From: Malacoraja senta
Lineage: Eukaryota
Length of the DNA: 64,000 nucleotides
NCBI GenBank assembly: GCA_038087875.1
Contig: CM075993.1
Coordinates: 10,170,001 to 10,234,000, forward strand
Direction: 5' to 3'
A program made the translations under genes and the position numbers. Positions 14,806-27,716 of the stretch are shown piece after piece (the first letter of the stretch is position 1; every line of letters starts with the position of its first letter). The notes beneath the pieces were generated by a model. That model was not told where the DNA came from. It worked only from the letters and a program-made list of their open reading frames with translations, and made no database searches.

Positions 14806-15374
14806 TCACTAGACTTGCCCCTAATTACCCTTGAATTGCATGACATGTTCAACACAGTGGCACAGTTTGTAGAGCCTCTGCCTCACAGCACCAGTAACCC
14901 GGGTTCGATCCTGACCTCGGGTGCGGTCAGGAAGCATCTCTGGAGAAAACGAATAGGTGACGTTTCGGGTCGAGATCCTTCTTCAGAGGTCCGAACAAAG
15001 TTAGTGGCATTGGTGTTGGTACAAAGAATTTGAGCTTTTATTTAGTTTTTCTCGAATATTTAAAAAAAAAATGTATTTAATTTCTATTGTTTTATCTATT
15101 ATCTATTGATGACTGTGTTTACAGGCCTGTTATGCTGCAGCAAGTGGCGGTCATTGTTCCGTTTCAGTATATATGACTAGTAAACACTCTGGAGTCACAG
15201 ATAGCTAGAGTGGATAAGGAAGAATGATCTATTCCTGAAGCGTTGAGTGAGCCTGATGGGATTTTATGCCAATCCTGTCATCTATATCACTGGTACTTGC
15301 TGTAAATTCTCGGTTTATTTAATTAATGAGGATGTAAACTCCCCAGAGCATGTTGAACCTGGATTTCTGGATAA

Positions 15375-15694
15375 TAGCCCTGTCCCACGGTACGAGTTCA
15401 TTCCAAGAGCTCTCCCGAGTTTAAAAAAAATCAAACTCGTGGTAAGCACGGAGAATGAACGTAGCGGGTACGTCGGAGCTCGGGGACGTCTCTTAGCGCT
15501 AACGGCAGGTACTCGGGAAGACTCGCTAACGGCAGGTAAGCACGGGAAGACTCGTGAAGATTTTTCAACATGATGAAAAATGTCCACGAGAGCCCCGAGT
15601 ACCGACGAGTGGCCATTACCGTAAATCTCCGAGTTCGAATCAGGGCAAACTCTGGAGAGCTCTTGGAATGAACTCGTACAGTGGGACAGGGGTT
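15375..15694. mobile_element. PIF/Harbinger-like MITE, family 1
   Basis: TIRs tagccctgtcccac...gtgggacaggggtt with TAA on both flanks. Related copies at about 41933-42238, 46012-46295, 56703-57032 and a truncated one at 28630-28695. Confidence 0.78.
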
Positions 15695-16309
15695 TAAGTA
15701 GTCCTGGTGTCTGTAACCTGAAGATAGAAACAAAATACTGGAGTAACTCAGCGGGTCATAGAGTGATACAGTGTGGAAACAGGCCCTTCGGCCCAACTTG
15801 CCCATACCGGCCAACATGTCCCAGCTACACTAGTCCCAACTGCCTGCAATTGGTCCATATCCCTCCAAACCTGTCATATCCATGTACCTGACTAACTCTT
15901 TCTTAAACGTTGGGTTAATCCCAGCCTCAACTACCTCCTCCGGCAGCTTGTTCCATACACCCACCACCCTTTGTGTGGTGGGTGTATTGAATCTTTTCCC
16001 CTTCACCTTGAACCTTTGTCCACTGGTCCTCGATTCACCTACTCTGGGGAAGAGACTCTGTGCATCTACCCGGGTCAGGCAGCCCCTCTGGAGCAAAGGA
16101 ATAGATGACTGAGACTGAGAGTCAGGGGAGAGGGAAACTAGAGGCATGAAAAGGTTGAGAACGAATCCGAGCCGGCACCAATGACCAAGGGATGGTGGAG
16201 CCCACAATGGCCCATTGTTGGCTGTGGAAGATGTGATAACGAAGGGATGTATGGATGCAAACAGTGGAACTGGCAGGACGACTCGGGTGGGGGAGGGGCA
16301 GAGCACTTT

Positions 16310-16780
16310 AACCCCCCCCCCCACCCATTCCCACACTGACCTTTCTGTCCTGGGCCTCCTCCATTGTCAGAGTGTCGCCCAGTGCAAATTGGAAGAACAG
16401 CACCTCATATTTCGCTTGGGCAGCTTACACCCCAGCGGTATGAACATTGACTTCTCTAACTTCAAGTAACTCTTGATTTCCTTCTCTCTCTCCATCCCTC
16501 CCCTTCCATAGTTCTCCAACCAGTCTGACTGTCCCTCTGATTACATTTCATCTTTGTATGCCTCGTTGTCACCGTCTCCTCGCTAACAATTATCTATTCT
16601 ACATTTTCCTTGAGCTGCATCTCCCTTGATGTCTTGTTTTCACACCTTGCCCTTCCTTATCTCTGTGCGTCCCTCTCATCTGACTCTCGGTCGGAAGAAG
16701 GGTCTCGACCCGAAACGTCACCCATTCCTTATCTCCAGAGATGCTGCCTGTCCTGCTGAGTTACTCCAGCATTTTGTGTC
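16310..16780 (+). mobile_element. Penelope-like element 3' end: endonuclease C-terminus, 3' UTR and the hammerhead-bearing module
   Basis: HSHTDLSVLGLLHCQS...GMNIDFSNFK* ends at 16469 and runs through the UTR into gaagaagggtctcgacccgaaacgtcacccattcc...gagttactccagcattttgtgtc. This links the ubiquitous short repeat to Penelope. A similar 3' end lies at 32425-32990. Confidence 0.85.
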
Positions 16781-18041
16781 CATCCCCATAGGTTTGTGTG
16801 AGTTCCGTGGGAGCCTGGAGTGGGGTTATTGTCGTAGTTATTGTGTCATTGGTGGACCAGTTCTAAATTGGGAAGCACCAAACGCAAGGAGCAATTGGAG
16901 ATGTGTGAATGACTGCGCGCATTGCTTGGAGTTCAGTGTCCTGAGTCACCATGGTGTGTACATCAGCAGGGGATGAGGACTGAAGGCTTCGGATCCAAAC
17001 ACCCCTGAGTAAACCAGCTCGTATCAGTGGATTAAACTAACGACTAACTACAGTGTGGAAACAGGCCCTTCGGCCCAAATTCAGCCATGATCACATTGCA
17101 GGCCTACTCCTGCACCTATTGTCTATTGTCTATTGTCTAAATTGCCCACACTGGCCAATGTGACCCAGCTACACGCGTCTCACCTGCCCGCATTTGGCTC
17201 ATTTCCCTACAAACCTGGGCTATCCATGTACCTGTCTAACTATTTCTTAAATGTTGGGATAGTCCGTGCCTGAACTACCTCCTCTGGCAGCTCATTCCAT
17301 ACACCCACAACCCTTTGTGTGAAAACGTTACGCCTCAGATTCCTATTAAATCTTTTCCCCTTCGCCGTTAAACCTATGTCCTCTGGTCCTCGATTCCCCT
17401 ACTCTGGGCAAGAGACTCTGTTCATCTACCCGATCTATTCCTCTCATGATTTTCTACACCTCGATAAGATCACCCCTCATCCTCCTACGCTCCAAGGAAT
17501 GGAGTCCCAGCCTACTCCACCTTCCCCTACAGTTCTAGCCCTGGCAACATCCCTGTAAATCTTCTCTGTACCCTTTCCAACATCTTTTCTGAAGATAGAC
17601 ACAAAAAGCTGGAGTAACTCAGAGGGACAGGCTGCGTCTCTGGAGAGAAGGAATGGGTGACGTTTCAGGTCGAGACCCCCATCTTCAAATATCTTTTCTC
17701 AGTTAGATGAATTTTCAGAGTGCAGTCTAGCGTGTCTACATTTCTGCACCTTCCACTCCTACAAGGCAACACATGCAGGTCATGTTCAGCTTGTGGTCTG
17801 TTTGCATTCTTATGCCTGGTTACGAGGGTTATGATATAATTTGTTAATTTGTTGATTATTTATTGTGTGGTTGTAAGGCTGCAACAAGTAATAATTTTAT
17901 TGTTCCATTCTTGGTGAATATGACAGACAAACGATCTTGACTCTTGAATGACGTGTAACTGGCAGGTGTATCGCTATTAATGATACTTTTACAAGTCAAA
18001 TTTTCCGAGATTTACTGCAAAGTAAATCAATGAGATTCCTT

Positions 18042-18470
18042 CTAGTTGATCAGCTTGATCAGCTACAAGGAAGCTAGATCAGTCGATCTAGTTTTAACGA
18101 AGGAACTGCAGATGCTGGAAAATTGAAGGTACACAAAAATGCTGGAGAAACTCAGCGGGTGCAGCAGCATCTATGGAGCGAAGGAAATAGGCCAGGTTTC
18201 GGGCTGAAACGTTGCCTATTTCCTTCGCTCCATAGATGCTGCTGCACCCGCTGAGTTTCTCCAGCATTTTTGTGTACAGTCGATCTAGTTGATCAGCTAC
18301 AAGGAAGCTAGATCAGTCGATCTAGTCGATCTAGTTGGTCAGTCACAAGGAAGCTAGATCAGTCGATCTAGTTGATCAGCTGCAAGGAAGCTAGATCAGT
18401 CGATCTAGTCGATCTAGTTGGTCAGCTACAAGGAAGCTAGATCAGTCGATCTAGTTGATCAGCTGCAAGG
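18042..18470. repeat. 37-bp tandem repeat (gatctagttgatcagctacaaggaagctagatcagtc), about 5-6 units, interrupted by a Penelope-derived fold-back
   Basis: Direct reading. Some units carry an extra 9-mer, gatctagtc. Confidence 0.88.
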
Positions 18471-18680
18471 AATCTCATTGATTTTCTTTGCAGTAAATCT
18501 CGGAAGATAATTGGGTGGTGAACGTATTCTCGCTCCTCTCCCTCTCCATTCAAAGTATTCAGAAATTTATCATGTAAATGGAATTCTGTACTTTGAGAAC
18601 TTCATCACAAAAATATTTTTGCTGAGATTGATTTCTTTGGCCATGGCAGCTGCAGGAGAGGTTGGTCAGTCAGCTGGTGT

Positions 18681-18708
18681 CTGAAGAAGGGTCTCGACCC
18701 GAAACGTC
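18681..18708 (+). ncRNA. Minimal type I hammerhead ribozyme core (Penelope-associated), CUCG-loop variant
   Basis: CTGAAGA-A-GGGT(CTCG)ACCC-GAAA-CG-TC. Confidence 0.6.
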
Positions 18709-19147
18709 ACCTATTCCTTTTCTCCAGAAATGCTGCCTGAGCCGCTGAGTTAATCCAGCGCATAGTGTTGCCTGACTGGGTTGCAAGCGATTTCTTTGTT
18801 TGAGGTTAATAATGTGTGACGACTGCAAGATTCTGTGTAATGTGGGTAATGAGCCATCGTCAGCTTTCGATGACTAATCGCTTCAAGAAACTTCTTAATT
18901 AAAAAATGCAGGGGCTCATTTTTCTTCATGACCCAGTTAGTGAAGAAACCTTCCCTGTGAACTGTTTGGGAAGATCGATCGATTCATGGTTATACATGGC
19001 TTCTACGATCTACAGGAGACATCCCTTCAAAAGCAAACTAAATTGGTATTAGTCCAAGCGTTGTGGGGGAAAATTGTAAATTAGCGGCGTTTATCGCTAC
19101 CAGTGCATGTATGTATGAAAAAATAATTTAATGGTGAGAGCGAGTGG

Positions 19148-19613
19148 AGGTGCACTGGCTCCCTGTGCCGTTCCAAATAAATGTCAAGATCCTTCTTTAT
19201 GTCTACAAAGCCCTTAACGGGCTTGCCCCCACCTACATCAAAAGTCTGCTTACCCACCACACCACCTCCAGGTCCCTCAGATCGGCCGACTTGGGGTTAC
19301 TGAACATCCGGCATAAGCTCAGGGACGACCGCGCCTTTGCGGTTGCAGCTCCTAGACTGTGGAACAGCATCCCTCTTCCCATCAGAACCGCCCCCTCCAT
19401 CGACTCTTTTAAGTCGAGACTTAAAACTCATCTTTACTCTCAAGCCTTTCTTGACGTCCTCTGAGGGAGGGCTATATGTTTGTATTTATGTATGTACTTA
19501 ATCTATGAACCAATGTTGTATAACGTTAGTACCTCCACCAATGTAAAGCACTTTGGCCAACGAGAGTTGTTTTTTAAATGTGCTATAGAAATAAAAGTGA
19601 CTTGACTTGACTT
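19148..19613 (+). mobile_element. L2 LINE 3' end
   Basis: HWLPVPFQINVKILLYVYKALNGLAPTYI...RAFAVAAPRLWNSIP...FKSRLKTHL, then a UTR ending aataaaagtgacttgacttgactt. Confidence 0.88.
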
Positions 19614-21419
19614 CTCCATTGACTGTATGATATGCATCGTCTCTTCAAAGCCAGGGCTTGCTGGTTTCCACATACGTTTCTGTGGAAGGATGCGTGCTAT
19701 CCGCAACAGCAGGTGAAATGTGTTAGAAGGAACTGCAGATGCTGGTTTACACCGAAGATAGACACAAAATGCTGGGGTAACTCAGCGGGACAGGCAGCAT
19801 CTCTGGAGAGAAGGAATGGATGACGTTTTGGGTAATCTGAAGAAAGGTTAAGAACTGCAGATGCCGGTTTAAATTGAAGGTAGACACAAAATGCTGGGGT
19901 AACTCAGCGGGACAGGCAGCACCTCTGGAGAGAAGGAATGATCACATCACATTGTTACACAGGCTTTATGCCTCAGTTTTCTGCCTCTGTCTCTGGCGAG
20001 AAGGAATGGGTGACGTTTCGGGTCGAGCCCCTTACGGGTCTCGACCAGAAACGTCACCCATTCCTTATCTCCAGAGATGCTGCCTGTCCCGTTGAGTTAC
20101 TCCAGCATTTTGTGTATCTTCGGTGTAAACCAGCATCTGCAGTTCCTTCCTACACAAAAGATTTTAACATTGACCTTTTCCTCACTTAAAGAGATGTTAA
20201 CCATTTGAGTCTGAAATGACGCTGGATCTCGACGTTTGGCAGAAGCAGAGAGTCTGGCTGATGGTATCTCTGGAGCTTTGGCCAGGGGTGGCATGTTTGC
20301 TGATACGAGTCTGGCAAACTCAGAGGGCTGTGTTGCTCTGCGAACTGCACTCCACTCTCCCACCACTGAGGCAGAGAGGCAGAAAGCGGAGGCGTAAAGC
20401 CTGCGTAACAATGTGATGTGATCATTTTCTGCTGGACATTTTGAACCCTCACTTACATAGTTCCTTTCACCAAGATGAGGGTAGTTCTAACAGTACATTT
20501 GACGAACAATCATCATAGTAGTTTATTTAAGGGAGGATTGCACCTAAAAGGCCTGTCTCACGAGTCTGCGGTCATTGGCAGCGAAACGGGAAGAATCTGC
20601 TTCCATAGACCGCGCACTCGTGAGAACGCACAATTCCGGGGCTGTGCGGCGGTGTGCCCAACACCGCACGGTGCTAAAATAAAACCTACACTGTTGAAAA
20701 CTATATTCTTACCGCACAACCTCCACCGGTGATGCACGAGTGCGGCACGGCCGCCCGCACGGGCCGCCGCCAGTGTGGCTCGAGCGCCGTGCGTCAAACT
20801 TCCACTGCCACAGCCTCCGCCGGTGAGGCACGTGTGCGGCACGGCCGCAGGCACAGCCACCGCTACAGCGCCGCGATCAGGACGGCCGCCGCCACAGCCG
20901 CCGCTCGTGAGTCACGTGCGGCGGGCCGACGTCATCGCAGTCGGCCCGCCCTTTTTTTTACTTACCGCAAGCACGTGGGACCAGCCGTATTTGAATTACT
21001 CGGCCCCCGCGCAGCATCCGTGCGGCGCTCCCGTGGATAGGCTCGGCGCTCTCGCCGTTGCCGTGCGGTCCCCTCGACCGGCGACGCCGCGCTTCACCGC
21101 CGATGACCGCAAACAGGTAAGTCAGGCGCAAAGATATCTCTGGTCGTGCGTATAGTCAGGTTCTGCGGTACATCAAAGTCTAAGCATATGGTCAGATTCT
21201 AGTTTATTGTCCTGTCTAACCAGGTATTGTCGTGTGCTATCCAGTCAGCAGTAAGACGGTACATGATTACAATTGTGCCGCCCACAGTGTACAGATATAC
21301 GTTAAAGGGAATAACGTTTACTGTGAGATAAGGTCCAGTAAAGGGCGCGACTGGTCATTGATTAAGCTGCTGGCCTTGCCAAGGCAGCGTGAAGTGTAAA
21401 TGAAGTCGAGGGAAAGAAG

Positions 21420-21609
21420 GTTGAAGAAGGAACTGCAGATGCTGGAGTATCAAAGGTAGAGAAAATTGCTGGAGAAACTCAGCGGGTGCGGCAGCATCTA
21501 TGGAGCGAAGGAAATAGGAGACGTTTCGGGACGAAACGTTGCCTATTTCCTTCGCTCCATAGATGCTGCCGCACCCGCTGAGTTTCTCCAGCAATTTTCT
21601 CTACCTTCA
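21420..21609. mobile_element. Penelope-derived fold-back element (subfamily B) with 11 bp TSD
   Basis: Two inverted halves. agggaaagaag at 21409-21419 and 21610-21620. Confidence 0.8.
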
Positions 21610-22454
21610 AGGGAAAGAAGATTGGTTTGAGCGATCTTGCGGGGTGACGCCTGTATGGTCGTGAGTAGTCGCCCAAAGAGTTACCTTTTTCTGGTCGCTG
21701 CTGGATTTTCAACATGTTGAACATTTTCGGCGACCCGCTGTGACTATGACGGGTGCCGGCAGTCGCTGAACAAAATCACGTAAGTGGGACAGGCCCTTAA
21801 GACTTTCCATGCTTGTTTGCATTTTTACCCAAGACTGGGATAGAATATTGCCACTGAACCAACATCGTAAGACATAGGAGCATGATCTATCTTTTACTTT
21901 TAGCCCCATTCACCTGACTGCTCCTCATAACATGTTCATACGTTCTAGGTGAGGAATTGGGCCATTCGGCCCATCAAGTCTATTCCGCCATTCAATCATG
22001 GCTGATCTATCTCTCCCTCTCAATCCCATTCTCCTGCCTTCTCCTAATAACCCCTGATGCCTGTACTAATCGAGAACTTGTCGATCTCCGCTTTAAAAAT
22101 ACCCACTGACTTAGCCTCAACATCCGCTGCGGCGCTGAATTCCATGTACTCGCCACCCTCTGGCTAAAGAAATTCCTCCTCATCTCCATTCTAAAGGTAC
22201 GTCCTTTTATTCCGTGCCCTCTGGCCTTAGACTCTCCCACTAGTGGAAACATCCTCTCCACATCAACTCTCTCCAGGCCTTCACCTGATTCAATGTAGGG
22301 AAAACCAGTGCTTATTTTGTGACTATGACTCCTAAAAAGTTAAAAAATTAGGTCTCTTTAATACTTCACAGAAGTTTTAATTATATAATCTATTTATTAA
22401 ATTAGGCAACCAGGCCCTTAAACAGTCTAAGCAGTTTATAGGATGACAATCTGT

Positions 22455-22955
22455 TATTGAAGGAGTGCAGCGTAGGTTCACCAGGTTCATTCCCGGGTTG
22501 GCGGGACTGTTATATGATGAAAGAATGGGTCAACTGGGCTTGCATTCACTGGAATTTAGAAGGATGAGAGGGAATCTTATAGATACATGTACAATTCTTA
22601 AGGGATTGGGATTGGACTGCGAAATGCAGGAAAAATGATCCCCATGTTGGGGGAGTCCAGAACCAGGGGTCACAGTTTAAGAATAAGGGGTCGGCCATTT
22701 AGGACTGAGAAGAGGAAAAACGTTTTGACCCAAAGTTGTGAATCTGTGGAATTCTCTGCCACAGAAGGCAGTGGAGGCCAATTCACTGGATTTTTCAAGA
22801 GAGAGTTAGATTTAGCTCTTAGGGCTAAGGAATCAAGGGATATGGGGAGAAAGCAGGAACGGGGTACTGATTTTGGATGTTCAGCCATGATCATATTGAA
22901 TGGTGGCGCTGGCTCGAAGGGCCGAATGGCCTACTCCACCTATTTTCTATGTTTC
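22455..22955 (+). mobile_element. CR1 LINE 3' fragment
   Basis: Homologous to the 683-1180 copy (GESRTRGHSLRIRG). Confidence 0.82.
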
Positions 22956-23889
22956 TTTCTGGATAACGACAAAGAACGCTATTATTAAAAATGCAGTGGG
23001 GAAACCTGCGATCTTGAAACTTAACAAGGCTGTGCTTGCTAGATTGCATTAATGTACTTGTGATGTGAAAACCAATGTTTATAAAGCAAGCCATGCTTGC
23101 CAAGTACTTCCCATTACGCTCGGGTTAATACTGGTCTACCGTAGCTAACATGCAGTTAACTTGGCAAAGGTACAAGTTCTGTTTTTATTCTTGGCAGCCA
23201 CACAAAGAAACGATGTTGGATTTAGAAACGTTTCAGGAAACCTGTTTAAACAACATTACGGCAGGGGTCTGGCGTGTGACTGATCTGCTGCCTCCAGCTT
23301 GTAAAAACATCAGCTGCGACTAAAATGTCCAACTGCTAAACAATGCTTTTTCTCGGTTAAAATGCAGAACTAAATTTGACAGCGTCAGTTTAGTTTAGTT
23401 TAGAGATACAGCGGGAAACAGGCCCTTCGGCCCACCGAGTCCGGGCGCCGACCAGCGATCCCCGCACACCAACACTATGCTACACACACACTAGGGAACA
23501 ATTTACATTTTTTACACCAAGCCAATTAACCTACAAACCTGTGGGTCTTTGGAGTGTGGGAGGAAACTGAAGATCTTGGAGAAAACCCACGCAGGTCACG
23601 GGGAGAACGTACAGACAGTATCCATAGTAAGGATTGAACGCCCGGGCCTCTGGCGCTGTGAGGCAGCAACTCTACCGCTGCGCCAACGTACCGTCCAAAT
23701 TTGGGGGATTTTTCATTCTATAAATGACTGATAATTTTATCCACAAGGCGGTCTGCTTGTGAGGTTACATTTTCTCTCTGTAGCGGCCTGCTTCATCCCC
23801 CAATAAGTCTTCACAGACCAGAGACCACATCCAATAGGCTGGCACAGTTTGCTAAAGCCTGTAATAGAACCTTTTGGGAGATTAGGCAA

Positions 23890-24160
23890 GCGCACACACG
23901 CACACGCACACAGTGAGGTACACACACACACACAGCCAGGTACACGCACACATTGAGGTACACGCACACAGTGAGGTACACACACACACACACACACACA
24001 CAGCCAGGTACACACACGCATTGAGGTACACGCACACAGTGAGGTACACACACACACACACACACACAGCCAGGTACACACACGCATTGAGGTACACGCA
24101 CACAGTGAGGTACACACACACATTGAGGTACACGCACACAGACTTACACACAAGCACGCG
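23890..24160. repeat. CA-rich minisatellite (gaggtacacgcacaca / gccaggtacac units)
   Basis: Direct reading. Confidence 0.92.
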
Positions 24161-26240
24161 CATACTCAGTATTCTGATTTTATTTCAGATTTCTGGAATC
24201 TGTAGTATTATTATTTTGTTTTTTCGCTCATTGTTGTCCTAGTTGTTTATGAAGCCATTGAATATTTTTCTAGGTATTGTCTACGTCAGGGGAACAGGAG
24301 TTATAGGGCAAAGTTGGAAATGCTGGGGCTTTTTTTTTGGAGCGTAGGAGGCTGAGGGGCGACTTATTGAGGTGTACAAGATCATGAGGAGCGCGGATAA
24401 AGTGAACGCTCACAGTCCTTTTCCCCAGGGTAGAGGATTCTAAAATAGAGAGCATTGTTGGATATAGGTGAGAGGGGAGAGATTCAAGGGGCCCCTCAGG
24501 AGCACCTTTTTCAATCGGAGGGAAGTCCGCACCTGGAACGAGCTGCCAGAAGCTGTAGAAGCGGATACAACTATTAATTTTCAAAGACATGTGGACAGAT
24601 GTATGAATAAGAAGAGGGATACAAGCCAAATACAGGGAAATGGGACCAGCCCAATATCTCAACTTGTTCGGCATGGACAAGGTGGGCTGAAGGGCCTGTT
24701 TCCATGCTGTACAATAGACAATAGGTGCAGGAGCAGGCCATTTGGCCCTTCGAGCCAGCACCGCCATTCAATGTGATCATGGCTGATCATCCCCAATCAG
24801 TACCCCGTTCCTGCCTTCTCCCCATATCCCTTGACTCTGCTATCTTTAAGAGCCTTTGCTCACCCACAAATAATGTGAAGTATCTTCATGCTCCTGTCCT
24901 TTGGTGCAGAGCCTCATAACATCCCTACATCTCTCTGTTTGGACCTGAACCCACACAGCAACCATATAGACCGGCTCATCTTCTCACTGCTCAATACTGT
25001 TGTGCAGGGGGCGGCACGGTGACACAGCGGTAGAGTTGCTGCCTTACGGCGCTAGAGCCCCGGGTTCGATCCTGACCATGGGTGCTGTCTGCACGGAGTT
25101 TGCACGTTCTACCTGTGACCGCGTGGGTTTTCTCTGGGTGCTCTGGTTTCCTCCCACACTCCAAAGACATGCAGGATTGTAGGTAGATTGACTCCTGTAA
25201 ATGCGGGATAGAATTTGTTTACGGGTGATCATTGGTTGGTGCGGACTGGGTGGGCCAAACAGCCTGTTTCCACGCTGTATCTCTGGAACGATAACTAAAA
25301 AGCCATATATTTCAAACTGGCGCACATTTGTGCTGCATGCTCTGATCCATGCATCTCCCCTGACCCACTGTTACTTCTCACAGGCCGTTTACCAGCATTT
25401 TCCTACAATGTGCCATCACTGCCTCACGCTTCACCTTTAAATGGAAAGTCAGCACTTGCTCTCAGTGGAGTTCCATTCAACTGCTGTGCGCCCCCCCCCC
25501 TCCACCTACCTTCCTGGACCCCCCCCCTCCCTCCCACCCCCCCTTGCTGCCCCCTAACCTCCCTCGCCTTTGTTGCCCCTCCCACCCACCTTCCTAGACC
25601 CCCCCCCCTCCCTTCCACCCACTTTTCTCCCCTGGGGACAGCAGCCAACATTATGAAGGATTATTGTCACCCTGGTCATTCCCTCTTCTCCCCTGTCCCG
25701 TCAGGCTGAAGGTACAAAGGTACAAGCAGAGATCAGCAGGCTCAGGAACAGATCTCTCTCTCCACTGTTACTGAGCGTCCACCCCCCCCCCCCCCCCCCG
25801 TAAGCTTGGTGTGGTCCTGATCTTCCAACTACATCTTTGCAGACTTTGCGCTTCTTTAGCCTGCACCCTCTCTGTGAGTGTGATACCATAACGTTGTAAC
25901 AACTATATTCTTCATTCTGTTTTTTTTTGTTGGAAAATAAGACACAAAATGCTGGAGTAACTCAAGTGGGTCAGGCAGCATCTCTGGAGAAAAGGATTGG
26001 GTGACGTTTCAAGTCGAGACCCTTCTTCAGACTGGAGTGTTGTCATCGGTTTATAACAAGATGACTGCACTGTCATCACCATCACCATGCAGTAATCATA
26101 CAGCAGACATGTGGCCTGTGACAGTTTCCTGGGTGAATTGTTTAAGAAAGAACTGCAGATGCTGGAAAAATCGAAGGCGGACAAAAATGTTGGAGAAACT
26201 CAGCGTTGCTGAGGCAGCATCTATGGAGCGCAGGAAAGGT

Positions 26241-26268
26241 GACGTTTCGGGTCGAGACCCTTCTTCAG
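26241..26268 (-). ncRNA. Minimal hammerhead ribozyme core, CUCG-loop variant
   Basis: Reverse complement reads ctgaagaagggtctcgacccgaaacgtc. Confidence 0.6.
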
Positions 26269-27688
26269 ACTGAGGTGAATTGGTCAGTTAAATAGTAACA
26301 GTAACATCTCACTGTTTGGGCAACAATAGTCTTTTTCAACAGACAATGGGATTAGGAGGCAGAGATCAGCCATGATTGAATGGCGGAGTAGACTCGATGG
26401 GCCGAATGGCCTATTTCTACTCCTATAACTTGTGAACTGCAGATACTGGTTTACACAGAAGATAGGCACTTTTTAAACAGACACAATGTACTGGAGTAAC
26501 TCTGCGGGTCAGGCAGCATCTCTGGAGGAAAGGAATAGGTGACGTTTTGGGTCAAAACCCTTCTTCAAAGACGTCACCTATTCCTTTTCTCCAGAGATGC
26601 TGCCTGGTCCACTGAGTCACTCCAGCACTTTGTGTCTGTATAAAAAATGTCTATCTTAAAAGGTGTCTGAGTGTCTATCTTCTGTGTAAATCAGTATCTG
26701 CAGTTCACAAGTGATAGGAGTAGAATTAGGCCATTCGGCCCATTGAATCTACTCCGCCAGTCAACCATGGCTGATCTCTGCCTCCTAATCCCATTTTCCT
26801 GCCTTCTCCCCATAACCCTTGACACCTGTTCTAATCAAGAATTTGTCTATCTTTGCCTTACAAATATCCACTGACTTGGCCTCCACAGCCCTCTGTGGCA
26901 ATGAGTTCCACGGATTAACTACCCTTCCGGAAACATTCTTTTTAAGCTGATCGGAGTGTGAAGGTAAAACCTCACCCAGTGAGAGAGAGAAGTCTGCTGC
27001 GGGCAACAGCATTCTTGTTGCGCTAATCAACGTGTTCAGCAACGGACAGCATAAAGCATGCGTCTCAAAGAGCTCCACACAGCTGCCTCCTCCTCACTCT
27101 TGCTGCATAAAGTTTAAATAGCTGAATGCAAGGCATTGCCAAATGCTCCTTGACCGACCCTACCCCCTATATCCTCATTCCATGAATGATTCACATACAT
27201 ACAAACAAACAGGGCGAAGGCCGTGGACTATCAAACCGATCAATTTCCCTCCTGGGATAAATAAAGTTCTATCGTATCGTATTAACCCGCAGACCTGTGG
27301 GGTTTGGAGTGTGGGAGGGAACCAGAGCACCTGGAGGAAAACCCACGAGGTCACAAGGAGAACGTACAAACTCCGTACAGCCAGCACCTGTAGTCAGGAT
27401 CGAACCTGTGTCTCCGGCTTTGTAAGGCATCAACACTATCATTTCACCACCGTGCTGCCCCAATAAATAAATTGTAGTAAATATATGTGTGTGTAGACAA
27501 AAATGCTGGAGAAACTCAGCGGGTGAGTTTCTCCAGCATTTTTGTCTACTTTCGATTTTCCAGCATCTGCAGTTCCTTCTTACACAATGTTCAAGAAGGA
27601 ACTGCAGATGGTGGAAAATCAAAGGTAGACAAAATTGCTGGAGAAACTCAGCAGGTACGGCAGCATCTATGGAGCGAAGGAAATAGGC

Positions 27689-27716
27689 AACGTTTCGGGC
27701 CGAAACCCTTCTTCAG
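27689..27716 (-). ncRNA. Minimal hammerhead ribozyme core, UUCG-loop variant
   Basis: Reverse complement reads ctgaagaagggtttcggcccgaaacgtt. Confidence 0.6.

Noticed and set aside
18042..18470. 37-bp repeats resembling a CRISPR array
   Set aside because: The units are contiguous with no unique spacers, there are no cas genes, and the context is a vertebrate genome.
20216..20400. Open frame DAGSRRLAEAESLADG...AERQKAEA* as a possible exon
   Set aside because: No recognisable homology and no convincing splice acceptor.
20558..21155. Overlapping Ala/Arg/Pro-rich ORFs
   Set aside because: Expected from high GC content. No protein motif recognised.
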